IMG/VR virus record: IMGVR_UViG_3300005611_000102
Coordinates: 1 to 34,942 of that record
Length of the DNA: 34,942 bases
Reading direction: 5' to 3' (one strand)
Origin: a virus
Lineage: Duplodnaviria; Caudoviricetes
Part shown: in pieces, positions 1-8,164 of the stretch
How positions within the stretch are numbered: the stretch's first letter is position 1
How the letters are laid out: each line of letters starts with the position of its first letter
Made by a program: the position numbers and the translations under genes
Notes under the pieces: generated by a model
What the model saw: only the letters and a program-made list of their open reading frames with translations
Database searches by the model: none
What the model was told of the DNA's origin: nothing

Positions 1-77
1 TTAGATAAGATACGGTTTTTCAAAACGCCAAGATATGACGCTTTGCATTTTCACAGCAAAGAGTTTGGGTTCTTCAA
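1..77. repeat. 77-bp exact terminal repeat (copy 1), circular assembly overlap
   Basis: TTAGATAAGATACGG...GGGTTCTTCAA at 1-77 is identical to 34866-34942; a CDS reads in frame across the junction. Confidence 0.95.
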
Positions 78-252
78 CAGCAAGTCGTGGGATTACACTG
101 TAAGTACAGGCGATTTGATTTTGTTCCCATCATCTACAACTCACAGTGTAATACAAAAGAAAGGCAAAAATGTAAGAACAAGTTTGGCTTTCAATACCTT
201 TGTTAAAGGTCATTTAGGTGATGAGCGAATGTTGACGGAGCTAAAGTTATGA
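1..252 (+). CDS. 2OG-Fe(II) oxygenase-like protein (TIGR02466-like), 3' part
   Basis: GDLILFPS..H.V....R.SLAFN is the typical C-terminal half of the jelly-roll fold; joins 34500-34865. Confidence 0.85.
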   Translation, partial: LDKIRFFKTPRYDALHFHSKEFGFFNSKSWDYTVSTGDLILFPSSTTHSVIQKKGKNVRTSLAFNTFVKGHLGDERMLTELKL

Positions 253-830
253 GTGTTACTTTAGATTACTTTGTCAAAAAACTTGAGGGTAGACTACCTG
301 AAAGCCTGTGCGACAGAACGGTGCAAGAGTTAGATGCCCAGCCAGAAAATTTTTGGGAAGAGCATAAATTTCTTAATCGCCTTACTGGTGAATTGACGCA
401 ACCATCAGGCGACCAAGAACTTTCAACAGCATACACAGATTTAATATCTACCAGAGATGAGATTATGGATGTGTATTGGCAAGCAATACATGATTACATT
501 ATTCACCATATAAACAAACATTACTTTGATAGCTGGCAAGGTTTTAGCAATATCCGCTTTAACAAGTATTCATCCAACAAGAAAATGGCAGAGCATGTTG
601 ACCACGTTTCACATATTTTTGATGGCGAAAGAGCGGGGATACCAATCTTAACAGTGTTAGGATGTTTGAATGATACATACACTGGCGGCGAGTTTATGAT
701 GTTTGAGGATTGCCACATAAAGTTTAATAAGGGCGATGTGTTGGTATTCCCATCCAACTTTATGTTTCCTCACAGGGTTGAGCCAGTAAAGAGTGGCACG
801 AAGTATTCTATTGTTTCTTGGGTATGGTAA
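249..830 (+). CDS. 2OG-Fe(II) oxygenase, prolyl-4-hydroxylase-like
   Basis: HVD (HxD), LNDTYTGGEF, GDVLVFPSNFMFPHRV, KYSIVSW. Confidence 0.9.
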   Translation: MSVTLDYFVKKLEGRLPESLCDRTVQELDAQPENFWEEHKFLNRLTGELTQPSGDQELSTAYTDLISTRDEIMDVYWQAIHDYIIHHINKHYFDSWQGFSNIRFNKYSSNKKMAEHVDHVSHIFDGERAGIPILTVLGCLNDTYTGGEFMMFEDCHIKFNKGDVLVFPSNFMFPHRVEPVKSGTKYSIVSWVW

Positions 831-1396
831 TGAGAAGCCACGCTGTAAATGAACAAGATACCTTTATAAAAGGTTGGTATATAGATGAATCGCTTTGTGA
901 TTTAGTTGTTAATTACTTTGAAAGTAACAAAAGCTTACAAGCAGCAGGGACGCTGGACACAGGGCCAAGTGATATGAAGAAATCTATGGATGTGGCTGTT
1001 TCAGCAGAACATGAAGCAATTTTACCGTATTCACATGCACTAAAGCTATGTGTAGACGAGTACAAAAAGCTATACCCTTGTTTAGATAAAAGCATTTCTA
1101 CTTGGTCAATGACTGAGCCAATGAACATTCAAAAGTACAAACCAAAAGAGGGGTTCCTTGAGTGGCATACAGAGAACTCAAATCCGCTATCTTCACTCAG
1201 GATGTTGGTGTTTATGACATACTTAAACACTGTTGATGATGGCGGCGAAACAGAGTGGTTGCATCAATCTGTAAAGTTAAAGCCGCAGAAAGGTTTGACT
1301 GTGCTTTGGCCTTCGGATTGGACACATATGCACAAAGGATGCGTTTCTAAAACACAAAAAAAATACATCATCACTGGATGGTTTTCCTATACATAG
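830..1396 (+). CDS. 2OG-Fe(II) oxygenase, prolyl-4-hydroxylase-like
   Basis: QKY..EGFLEWHTE (HxE), YLNTVDDGGETEW, WPSDWTHMHKG, KYIITGW; start coupled to the upstream stop (TAATG). Confidence 0.9.
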   Translation: MRSHAVNEQDTFIKGWYIDESLCDLVVNYFESNKSLQAAGTLDTGPSDMKKSMDVAVSAEHEAILPYSHALKLCVDEYKKLYPCLDKSISTWSMTEPMNIQKYKPKEGFLEWHTENSNPLSSLRMLVFMTYLNTVDDGGETEWLHQSVKLKPQKGLTVLWPSDWTHMHKGCVSKTQKKYIITGWFSYT

Positions 1397-1407
1397 GAGT
1401 AAAGAAG

Positions 1408-1632
1408 ATGGAAATGTCCGGCCTCATAGATATGCTTATCGGACTGGTCATCGCTGGCGGTGGCTGGTGGGTTAACCGTATGGCTGATGAGCAAAAGAGG
1501 CTGGAGATTTTACTTAACCGCACCCGCGAGGACTACGCCACAAAGATGGAACTGCGGGATGACATGCGTAATGTTATGGATGCGCTCAATCGTTTAGACG
1601 CCAAGCTGGATAAGCTAATGGGCCGCGACTAA
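1408..1632 (+). CDS. small membrane-anchored coiled-coil protein (lysis-region hypothetical)
   Basis: AGGAG RBS before ATG 1408; N-terminal hydrophobic helix followed by coiled coil. Confidence 0.75.
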   Translation: MEMSGLIDMLIGLVIAGGGWWVNRMADEQKRLEILLNRTREDYATKMELRDDMRNVMDALNRLDAKLDKLMGRD

Positions 1633-1633
1633 T

Positions 1634-1825
1634 GTGGTTCATGCTTTCTTACTTTTTGTGTTCGTGGGTCTTGCCGAAGACCAAAGACTTGTCAGCAATG
1701 ACATGTATTTCAGAGACTTGAACGACTGCGTTTGGTACGCCAGAACGCTTCATCAGCAGGGTCAAAAGATAACGTCATATTGTTTACCAAGGTTAGTGCC
1801 AAAAGGAACCCCGATATATGATTGA
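1634..1825 (+). CDS. hypothetical protein with hydrophobic N-terminus and two Cys
   Basis: Tightly packed ORF, GTG start, overlaps next gene. Confidence 0.65.
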   Translation: MVHAFLLFVFVGLAEDQRLVSNDMYFRDLNDCVWYARTLHQQGQKITSYCLPRLVPKGTPIYD

Positions 1826-2291
1826 CCCAATCTCTGCCGCCGCTACAGCTAGTGCGGCGTTCACCACAATCCAACGAGGCTTTCAGGTTGCACGTTCCAT
1901 TGAAGAGATGGCGAGTGACCTGTCACGCTGGATGGGTGCGCTGTCTGACTTAGAGCAGGCAGAGAAAGAGGCGAAGAACCCGCCCATCTTCAAGAAGCTG
2001 TTTGCTGGGCAGTCTGTCGAGGCTGAAGCGATGGAGGCTTTTGCTGCTAAAAGCAAGGCTGAAGAACAGAGGGCGCAGTTAAAGCAGTACATACAATACA
2101 GCTACGGCCAATCAAAATGGGATGAGCTTGTTAAGATGGAAGGCTCCATCCGCAAGCAAAGGCAGGAGACGATATACAAACAACGTGAACGCAGGCGTAA
2201 GTTTATTGAGATAGCCGCTATTATAATAGCTGTTATAACAGGCGTAGGTGCGCTGGTTATGCTGGTTATGTGGTTGAAGAGCCTAACCTGA
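1818..2291 (+). CDS. hypothetical protein with C-terminal transmembrane helix
   Basis: 157 aa, MIDPISAAATA N-terminus and a C-terminal TM segment. Confidence 0.75.
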   Translation: MIDPISAAATASAAFTTIQRGFQVARSIEEMASDLSRWMGALSDLEQAEKEAKNPPIFKKLFAGQSVEAEAMEAFAAKSKAEEQRAQLKQYIQYSYGQSKWDELVKMEGSIRKQRQETIYKQRERRRKFIEIAAIIIAVITGVGALVMLVMWLKSLT

Positions 2292-2292
2292 C

Positions 2293-2715
2293 ATGTCCAC
2301 GAGGACCGGACTAGCTGGGGAGTTTATAGTCTGTTCTTCAATCCTTCAATTAGAGGGTGACTGGAAGGTTGTGCATACGCCGCAGGATAAGATAGATATA
2401 CTTGCCTTCAATGATGAGGGCATTTTTTTACGGGTACAGGTGAAGACCAGTACGCTCAAGACAAATAAGGCTCATCACCGGCCTTTCTACCACTTTCAGA
2501 ATGGCAGCGGTTGCAAGAACAAGAGTCTGCCTTGTGTAAAGGATATGGACATTGTGGCACATTGTTTTTTGGATGACAGAAGGGTTGCCTTCTACGCGAC
2601 AGAACAGGTGCGTCAGTACAGCCAAAGGCGTCCGATGCACTACGCCAATGCGAAAGGGCTTGAGCAGGATACTTGGGATAAGGCTTTGCAGATTGTGCTG
2701 GAGAGAATAAAATGA
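2293..2715 (+). CDS. PD-(D/E)XK endonuclease
   Basis: G..GE helix, then D.IDIL and RVQVKT motifs. Confidence 0.75.
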   Translation: MSTRTGLAGEFIVCSSILQLEGDWKVVHTPQDKIDILAFNDEGIFLRVQVKTSTLKTNKAHHRPFYHFQNGSGCKNKSLPCVKDMDIVAHCFLDDRRVAFYATEQVRQYSQRRPMHYANAKGLEQDTWDKALQIVLERIK

Positions 2716-2766
2716 AGATATGGGGATTGCACCAACAAACAACTGAAGAGCAAGCGAGGAAGAACC

Positions 2767-2967
2767 GTGAGTCTAGCAATGGAAAGAATCCTAGCGTGGA
2801 AAATACTGCCCCGCTTGATGATGATTATGATGTCAATATCCGCTTGGCGGGTAGTGGAGTGGTTTATGACGTTACCAGACCCAACAACACAGCAGTCAGC
2901 TCTCGTAAGTGTAGTCACGGGGGCCATGACAGGTGCATTTGCGGTCTGGATGGGGCATGAAAAATGA
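2767..2967 (+). CDS. two-TM membrane protein (holin/antiholin-like)
   Basis: Two hydrophobic segments, WKILPR motif, directly upstream of holin-like gene. Confidence 0.7.
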   Translation: MSLAMERILAWKILPRLMMIMMSISAWRVVEWFMTLPDPTTQQSALVSVVTGAMTGAFAVWMGHEK

Positions 2968-3341
2968 TACAGATGTTAATCCCAGCGATAAGTGAACTAG
3001 CCGGTGGCTGGCTCAAGGGCAAGGCAGCAGAGAAGGCGGCACAAAGCCAAGTCAAAGTAGCCAAGGCCGAGGCAGAAGCCGAGGTAATGCGTGTTGCTGC
3101 TACGCATGAAGCTGGCTGGGAAAAGATTATGGCTGAGGCCAGCAAGGATAGCTGGAAGGATGAGGCGTGGACCATCTTGTTTATTGCCATTATTGCTATG
3201 TGTTTCATCCCGCCTCTACAGCCATATGTTGAGCGCGGGTTCGATGCCTTGGCCCGTACACCGGATTGGTTCCAGTGGGCAATGTATGCTAGTATAGCTG
3301 CATCATTTGGATTAAGAGGGTTGAGGGGTTTGAAGAAATGA
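2964..3341 (+). CDS. holin-like membrane protein (3TM-holin type)
   Basis: SWKDE motif, TM helices, basic C-terminus (FGLRGLRGLKK), near endolysin. Confidence 0.7.
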   Translation: MIQMLIPAISELAGGWLKGKAAEKAAQSQVKVAKAEAEAEVMRVAATHEAGWEKIMAEASKDSWKDEAWTILFIAIIAMCFIPPLQPYVERGFDALARTPDWFQWAMYASIAASFGLRGLRGLKK

Positions 3342-3490
3342 AACGTGGGTTATATGCAAACATTCACGCTAAGAGGGCAAGAATTAAAGCTGGTTCCGGT
3401 GAGAAGATGCGGAAGCCTGGGGCCAAAGGTGCGCCCACGGCCGCTGCATTTCGCAAGGCTGCTAAGACAGCGAAAAAGAGGAAGAAGTGA
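3338..3490 (+). CDS. small highly basic protein (50 aa)
   Basis: MKRGLYANIHAKRARIKAGSGEKMRKPGAKGAPTAAAFRKAAKTAKKRKK; ATGA overlap with holin stop; below ORF-track cutoff. Confidence 0.75.
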   Translation: MKRGLYANIHAKRARIKAGSGEKMRKPGAKGAPTAAAFRKAAKTAKKRKK

Positions 3491-3633
3491 TGCCGCTAGT
3501 ACAGGGCTACAGCAAAAAGTCCATATCAAAGAACATCCGAACAGAGATGAAGAAGGGTAAGCCGCAGAAGCAAGCGGTAGCTATCGCAATGTCAACGGCA
3601 CGCAAGGCCAAGAAGAAACGGAAGAAGGCATAA
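3490..3633 (+). CDS. small highly basic protein (47 aa)
   Basis: MPLVQGYSKKSISKNIRTEMKKGKPQKQAVAIAMSTARKAKKKRKKA; TGATG coupling. Confidence 0.75.
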   Translation: MPLVQGYSKKSISKNIRTEMKKGKPQKQAVAIAMSTARKAKKKRKKA

Positions 3634-3634
3634 C

Positions 3635-4081
3635 ATGCACCTTTCACAAAACTTCACGTTGCGTGAACTTACGAAAAGCCAGACAGCAGAACGTAAGGGC
3701 ATCCCTAACGAGCCAACACAAGAACATATTGAGGCTATGACTGAGCTGTGCCACAAGATATTGCAGCCGGTGCGTGATGAGTTTGGGCCGGTGACTGTGA
3801 CATCCGGCTATCGCAGCCCTGAGTTGTGTATTGCTATTGGCAGTAGCATTGACAGCCAACACGCCAAGGGCGAGGCCGCAGACTTTGAGGTGGCTGGCGT
3901 GGACAACATGACAGTGGCTCAGTGGATTGCTGATAACCTAGAGTTCGACCAACTTATTCTTGAATGTTATACTGGCGGCAACAGCGGTTGGATTCATTGC
4001 AGCTATGCGCCGGAACCACGCGGTGAGAAGCTGACATATGACAAGGCAAATGGCTACAGGCACGGATTGATTGATGGCTAA
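3635..4081 (+). CDS. endolysin, peptidase M15A family
   Basis: LSQNFTLRE, TSGYRS, SQHAKGEAADF, WIHCS zinc-peptidase motifs. Confidence 0.9.
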   Translation: MHLSQNFTLRELTKSQTAERKGIPNEPTQEHIEAMTELCHKILQPVRDEFGPVTVTSGYRSPELCIAIGSSIDSQHAKGEAADFEVAGVDNMTVAQWIADNLEFDQLILECYTGGNSGWIHCSYAPEPRGEKLTYDKANGYRHGLIDG

Positions 4082-4358
4082 GAAGGCAGACCCAAGACTG
4101 AAACGTGCTGGCGTTAGTGGCTACAACAAGCCCAAGCGCACACCTAGCCACCCGACTAAAAGCCATGTGGTTGTGGCTAAGTCTGGCGATAAGATAAAGA
4201 CCATCCGCTTTGGACAACAGGGCGTGAGCGGGGCTGGCAAAAGCCCGAAGACTGCCAAGGAAAAAGCGCGGCGCAAATCTTTCAAAGCACGCCACGCTAA
4301 AAACATTTCTAAGGGTAAGATGTCTGCCGCTTTCTGGTCCAGCAAGGTTAAGTGGTAG
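4071..4358 (+). CDS. basic hypothetical protein
   Basis: K/R-rich 95 aa with IRFGQQG and RKSFKARH..W motifs; last gene of the late operon. Confidence 0.8.
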   Translation: MMAKKADPRLKRAGVSGYNKPKRTPSHPTKSHVVVAKSGDKIKTIRFGQQGVSGAGKSPKTAKEKARRKSFKARHAKNISKGKMSAAFWSSKVKW

Positions 4359-4478
4359 CTAGAACAGTTCTGTCACTCCCGTGTAGTAGCAATCAACGCA
4401 AGATGTGCGCTTGTTGCCTAGTATCACCCAGCCTCCGGTATCTATGCAAACTCGACTGTCGCAGTAATCACAGTTCAT
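4359..4478 (-). CDS. small zinc-finger protein (39 aa)
   Basis: CxxC...CxxC (CDYC, CVDC); overlaps stop of upstream gene. Confidence 0.55.
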   Translation of the reverse strand: MNCDYCDSRVCIDTGGWVILGNKRTSCVDCYYTGVTELF

Positions 4479-4881
4479 GTATCTGAGAGCCGAACTTTTT
4501 CTCCTTGATGATGTCGATTTCTTTTGAGGCTTCCTCCCAGATTTTTTCAAACGCATCTGAACGCTCCCGATTAGATAGACTCATTATGCTTGTACGGTCT
4601 CTGTTTAAGGTGATGCCAATCGTAACAAAACTATAAGGCGTATGTTCAAGACAGAGCAAAACCAAAAGCTGTCGCGCATCAACCATTCCTTTTTTTCGAG
4701 AGCCTCTTTGATAACTCCGCATTTGGGCCAAAGTATAGCCAGTGACTTCGGTCACTATCGGAATGATGTCCATCACTGATAGTTCACGGCAGTATGCTTT
4801 CCAGAAATGCGGTGAACGAATCCGTGCCTCCTCCCAGTGGTTAATATCCCTCTCTGCCTTCAATGCGATAAGACGCTGCAT
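4468..4881 (-). CDS. DnaA domain IV (C-terminal HTH)-like DNA-binding protein
   Basis: IVTEVTG...QMRS..R....VDARQ...L....T.YSFVTIG..LNRDRTSIM resembles the DnaA domain IV pattern ARQ..MYL....T..SL..IG..F.RDHTTV; GGAGG RBS before ATG 4881; no AAA+ domain. Confidence 0.75.
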   Translation of the reverse strand: MQRLIALKAERDINHWEEARIRSPHFWKAYCRELSVMDIIPIVTEVTGYTLAQMRSYQRGSRKKGMVDARQLLVLLCLEHTPYSFVTIGITLNRDRTSIMSLSNRERSDAFEKIWEEASKEIDIIKEKKFGSQIHEL

Positions 4882-5050
4882 CGACTTCTTCCTCCCATCG
4901 TTGGACCGATAGCCCTGCCTTGAGGCATTGTTGGGCCAGGTCAAAATACTGTTTCGATGTCATGTGCTTGTAGTGGCACACGCCGTCTATGGTTATTAGC
5001 AGCCCGTCATCACGGGCCGCTAACAGTATCATTTTATCGACAGGTTCCAT
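4841..5050 (-). CDS. hypothetical protein
   Basis: 69 aa, coupled to the SSB stop. Confidence 0.65.
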   Translation of the reverse strand: MEPVDKMILLAARDDGLLITIDGVCHYKHMTSKQYFDLAQQCLKAGLSVQRWEEEVDAASYRIEGREGY

Positions 5051-5379
5051 TAGAACGGAATGTCGTCATCTAGGCTGATTGCACTGTCCGGCACATGCTT
5101 TTGTTGTAATGCCTGCCCGACTTGCTTCATGCCTGGTTGTGAAATGCCATCGGTGATGTCATCGGTGCCGTGATATTCAGTCACCTCTGAGATTTGCACT
5201 CCAAGAGAGCCATCGTCATTCTCAAAAGCGCGAACACTGTACTGCGTGTCGCCTCTGAAATTAACGTCAGCAGCAGCGCCATCTCTGTATGGCGTCCACT
5301 TTGAATTGCTGAACTTGGCTGCACCATCGCTATTAGGGAACAGCCGAATAGTGGTGATTTTATTGTATCTACGAGCCAT
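5050..5379 (-). CDS. single-stranded DNA-binding protein-like
   Basis: Acidic C-terminal tail LDDDIPF; downstream of annealase; AGGAG RBS. Confidence 0.7.
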   Translation of the reverse strand: MARRYNKITTIRLFPNSDGAAKFSNSKWTPYRDGAAADVNFRGDTQYSVRAFENDDGSLGVQISEVTEYHGTDDITDGISQPGMKQVGQALQQKHVPDSAISLDDDIPF

Positions 5380-5389
5380 TTGTTTCTCC

Positions 5390-6067
5390 TTATGAATATT
5401 TGGCTTCTGCGGATTTGAATAGGTCTATGATAGGTGCGGCACGTTCAGGGCTTCTGTCTTTCAGCTCCTTGATACGCGACTTGTTCTGCATGAAATATTC
5501 AGTGACCTGGCTTTTGGTCTTGCAGTTGTCCAGCCGCATACGAACCTCTTTGTAGAAGTTCACATCCTTGGCCTTGTTTGGGTCATCTGGCGTGGAAGGC
5601 TCAGGGGGTGCAGCCTCGCCAGCCGGAGGGTGCTGGGTGGGAGTGGGCGCACCGCCCTGATTCGATGATTTTAACGCCTCCTCCTTGCGAGGTACAGCAG
5701 CCATTTCGTTTGCTGACGCATATTCACCGCCAGCAAGCCCGATACAGGCCAATGCCCTTCCTATAGCAGATGTCTCGCAGTTTTCCAAAGCCGATGTTTT
5801 GTTGACATTGCCTTGGCCTCTGATTTCCTCAGCCATGCCAGAGCCGATACAGATGCCATTGCTATCTGTGATAGTGGCTTTGATAACGACACGTTGTCCG
5901 TCATCGACCATGATTTGCGTATCAACGCCCATATCTGTGCCGAACACAGTTCTGAACGCCTCCATCCGGTGTACGACTTGCGTGTACTTTTTGCCGCCAC
6001 GCTGGGCCACACCGTGCGACTTGTTCAAGTCATTCACAAGCCCCATTGCATCTATTAATTTACTCAT
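5390..6067 (-). CDS. Rad52/Sak-like single-strand annealing protein
   Basis: KKY..V..R...FR and ALENCETSAIGRAL..IG motifs; Pro-rich linker and helical C-domain; lies between exonuclease and SSB. Confidence 0.7.
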   Translation of the reverse strand: MSKLIDAMGLVNDLNKSHGVAQRGGKKYTQVVHRMEAFRTVFGTDMGVDTQIMVDDGQRVVIKATITDSNGICIGSGMAEEIRGQGNVNKTSALENCETSAIGRALACIGLAGGEYASANEMAAVPRKEEALKSSNQGGAPTPTQHPPAGEAAPPEPSTPDDPNKAKDVNFYKEVRMRLDNCKTKSQVTEYFMQNKSRIKELKDRSPERAAPIIDLFKSAEAKYS

Positions 6068-6249
6068 TGCTTATTCTCCACTGAAAAGATGGTGTCAAAC
6101 ACTTGGTTCACTGACCGGATTTCCTTGTTGTGGATGCCGTCCATCAGCCGGATATGCTTGGTTAGCAGCTCCACCTGAGTTTCCAGCTTGTCCACCTTAG
6201 CAGTCAGCTCATCAATCGCCTGTGCGTGATACTGTTCTGTCTCTGTCAT
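6064..6249 (-). CDS. small coiled-coil hypothetical protein
   Basis: GGAGG RBS before ATG 6249; heptad pattern; overlaps both neighbours. Confidence 0.7.
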   Translation of the reverse strand: MTETEQYHAQAIDELTAKVDKLETQVELLTKHIRLMDGIHNKEIRSVNQVFDTIFSVENKQ

Positions 6250-7136
6250 ATCCTCCAAGCCTCCTTTGCAATCTTGAGAATGTCGGGCCCGTGTCGCTGA
6301 GCTATCTGCCCAAAGTCCGGCTGGACCAGGCCGAACAGCGTCCTCCAAGAACCGTTGGCAGCTTTCAACAGATTTTGTTGCACCATCCAACGCATTACTA
6401 TTGTGTTGTACACCTCTTCCAGTCGTTCAGGCTTCATCATCTCGCAGTTAGTCTCGTCCACGATGTTAAAGCCAGCCGCTGTAACGAACAGTAAGGCCGG
6501 TTTGTCACCTGTGGCCTTCCAATACACCGCCTGTTGCATTAACTGCTGCTCAGTAGGCTCTGAGCGCGGTTTTGGTACACGCCAAGTGCGGGTGCCGTCC
6601 TTTTTTACTGGGTTACGCAGTGGAAAAGAGCATTTAAGGTCGATTTGTTTGCCGTCACCGGCATAATCTTGATACAGCATGATAGGCACATCCAGCCGGT
6701 CATCTTTATGCCACCGCTGGAACTCGCCTTCTATCTCGCCGTCACCAAAATACTCATTGAGGCCATCGACAGCGTGTTTCGCCATCTCGCCAAGGTATTC
6801 TTTGAAGCAATCATATTCTTCAAGGTCTTTGCCATCATCCCACTGGCGGGGCTGATAGTTCATATATTCTGTAAGGCCATACCTTACAGCTTCCGGCAAT
6901 CCAATGCCTTCTTTGCGCCCATAAATGGGGCTGTAGTCATGCAAACCTAGTGCATGGTCTGCGATTTCCTGCACAATCTGTCCTGCCCTTGGTCTTGCAC
7001 CAAAGGGAAAGTTCATCTTGTATTCTTTTCGCAGTAATAGTTTCAGGATGTATTCATCAATGGGCTGGGTGCCGCTTGATGCGCTCAGATGCGTGGCCCC
7101 GAAGGGTTCACGATAGGCGGGTACTTCAAATTCCAT
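6246..7136 (-). CDS. PD-(D/E)XK exonuclease (RecB/lambda-exo-like)
   Basis: HLSASS, E..., YQDY...IDLK, QQAVY motifs; GGAGG RBS before ATG 7136. Confidence 0.75.
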   Translation of the reverse strand: MEFEVPAYREPFGATHLSASSGTQPIDEYILKLLLRKEYKMNFPFGARPRAGQIVQEIADHALGLHDYSPIYGRKEGIGLPEAVRYGLTEYMNYQPRQWDDGKDLEEYDCFKEYLGEMAKHAVDGLNEYFGDGEIEGEFQRWHKDDRLDVPIMLYQDYAGDGKQIDLKCSFPLRNPVKKDGTRTWRVPKPRSEPTEQQLMQQAVYWKATGDKPALLFVTAAGFNIVDETNCEMMKPERLEEVYNTIVMRWMVQQNLLKAANGSWRTLFGLVQPDFGQIAQRHGPDILKIAKEAWRI

Positions 7137-7215
7137 GGGTTCCTCCGTTCTCAACTCCCGTGCTATGCTTAGCAGTCCACTTGCCAACGTGTCAACTTTT
7201 ATTTATGGTGAACTT

Positions 7216-7410
7216 ATGCCAACGATTATTTTTACATTTGATGACGAGATTGATTGCCCTGAATGTGGCGGTGAGGGCCGTGTTGAGTACGAGTTCAACG
7301 TGATTGACCATATTCGCGGCGGCGAGGTAGTCGGGCTGGTTAGAGAGTGCCGGATGTGTGAGGGCAGCGGCGTGATTTATGTGGAGCCTGCTGATGATGA
7401 AGCTGGGTAA
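7216..7410 (+). CDS. DnaJ-type zinc-finger protein
   Basis: Two CxxCxGxG motifs (CPECGGEG, CRMCEGSG). Confidence 0.75.
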   Translation: MPTIIFTFDDEIDCPECGGEGRVEYEFNVIDHIRGGEVVGLVRECRMCEGSGVIYVEPADDEAG

Positions 7411-7522
7411 GACATATCTATGCCGATACGCTCATCAGGATGAGGATGTGCCGGTAGGCTGGGCTTCTCAGCCTATGGGTGGGCATCACGGGGCCAATGG
7501 CTATGTTTTGTGGAGTAAAGAG

Positions 7523-7912
7523 ATGACTAACGGGCGTATGAAGGGTGCAAATTTCGAGCGTGAATGTGCGCGGATGCTGTTCGAGCGCACCGGATTAGAG
7601 GCCAAGCGCGACTTGGAACAATATAGAGCCAGTGACCACGGCGATTTGATAGGGGTGCCAGGCTGGACTGTGGAGTGCAAACGTCATGCACACGGCACGA
7701 CTTGGAAAAAAAGCTGGTGGGAACAGGTGGAGGCAGCAAGCAATGCGTCAGGTACAGAACCTGTATTGATATATAAGTATGACCGCTGCCCGATTCGATG
7801 CGTTGTCCGGCTGTCGAGCATATCCCCTGTGTATATACAAAAGGATAACGTGGCTGAGGTCGATTTCGATACTTGGTGTATGCTAGTAGCAGAAAGTATG
7901 TGTGATGTATGA
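7523..7912 (+). CDS. Holliday junction resolvase-like PD-(D/E)XK nuclease (possible in-frame N-terminal extension from about 7394)
   Basis: KGANFERE...GDL......VECK...WWEQ...PVLIY; GGAG RBS before ATG 7523. Confidence 0.8.
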   Translation: MTNGRMKGANFERECARMLFERTGLEAKRDLEQYRASDHGDLIGVPGWTVECKRHAHGTTWKKSWWEQVEAASNASGTEPVLIYKYDRCPIRCVVRLSSISPVYIQKDNVAEVDFDTWCMLVAESMCDV

Positions 7913-8126
7913 GACAATCTTGGCAGTTTGTTTTGCCATAACACTGGGCGGTCAGCCGGCGAATCCATGCTGGATGGCTAAAGAAGAGACACGGTTTAGC
8001 ACCATCGAGGAGTGTCAGTTTTACGCTGAGAAGCGCGAGGCATATGTCACGCAGGATGTGGCAAGAAACTATGAGGTGCCGCCAGTCGTTTCTGTTCAGT
8101 GTACTGCGGTCAAAGGCCGGTTCTAA
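7902..8126 (+). CDS. hypothetical protein with signal-peptide-like N-terminus and 4 Cys
   Basis: 74 aa, overlaps resolvase stop. Confidence 0.65.
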   Translation: MMYETILAVCFAITLGGQPANPCWMAKEETRFSTIEECQFYAEKREAYVTQDVARNYEVPPVVSVQCTAVKGRF

Positions 8127-8131
8127 AAAGA

Positions 8132-8160
8132 CTTGAAATCTGCAAAGGCAGCACTAATAT
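8132..8160 (+). promoter_or_regulatory. putative sigma70 promoter
   Basis: CTTGAA-N17-TAATAT, close to the alphaproteobacterial CTTGAC-N17-CTATAT consensus. Confidence 0.5.
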
Positions 8161-8164
8161 ATTC

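Noticed and set aside
249-1396. TET/JBP-like 5mC oxidation system with the C5 methyltransferase
   Set aside because: The motifs are prolyl-hydroxylase-like rather than TET/JBP-like, the genes are in the late tail region far from the MTase, and no glycosyltransferase or other hypermodification gene is seen
2712-2960. 82-aa ORF overlapping the membrane-protein gene
   Set aside because: The alternative frame 2767-2967 gives a coherent two-TM protein coupled to the holin
3345-3560. 71-aa ORF from the track
   Set aside because: Wrong frame; the two coupled basic ORFs 3338-3490 and 3490-3633 tile the region better
6246-7136. Cas4 / CRISPR-associated nuclease
   Set aside because: It lacks the four-Cys Fe-S cluster pattern, and its context is an exonuclease-annealase-SSB recombination module
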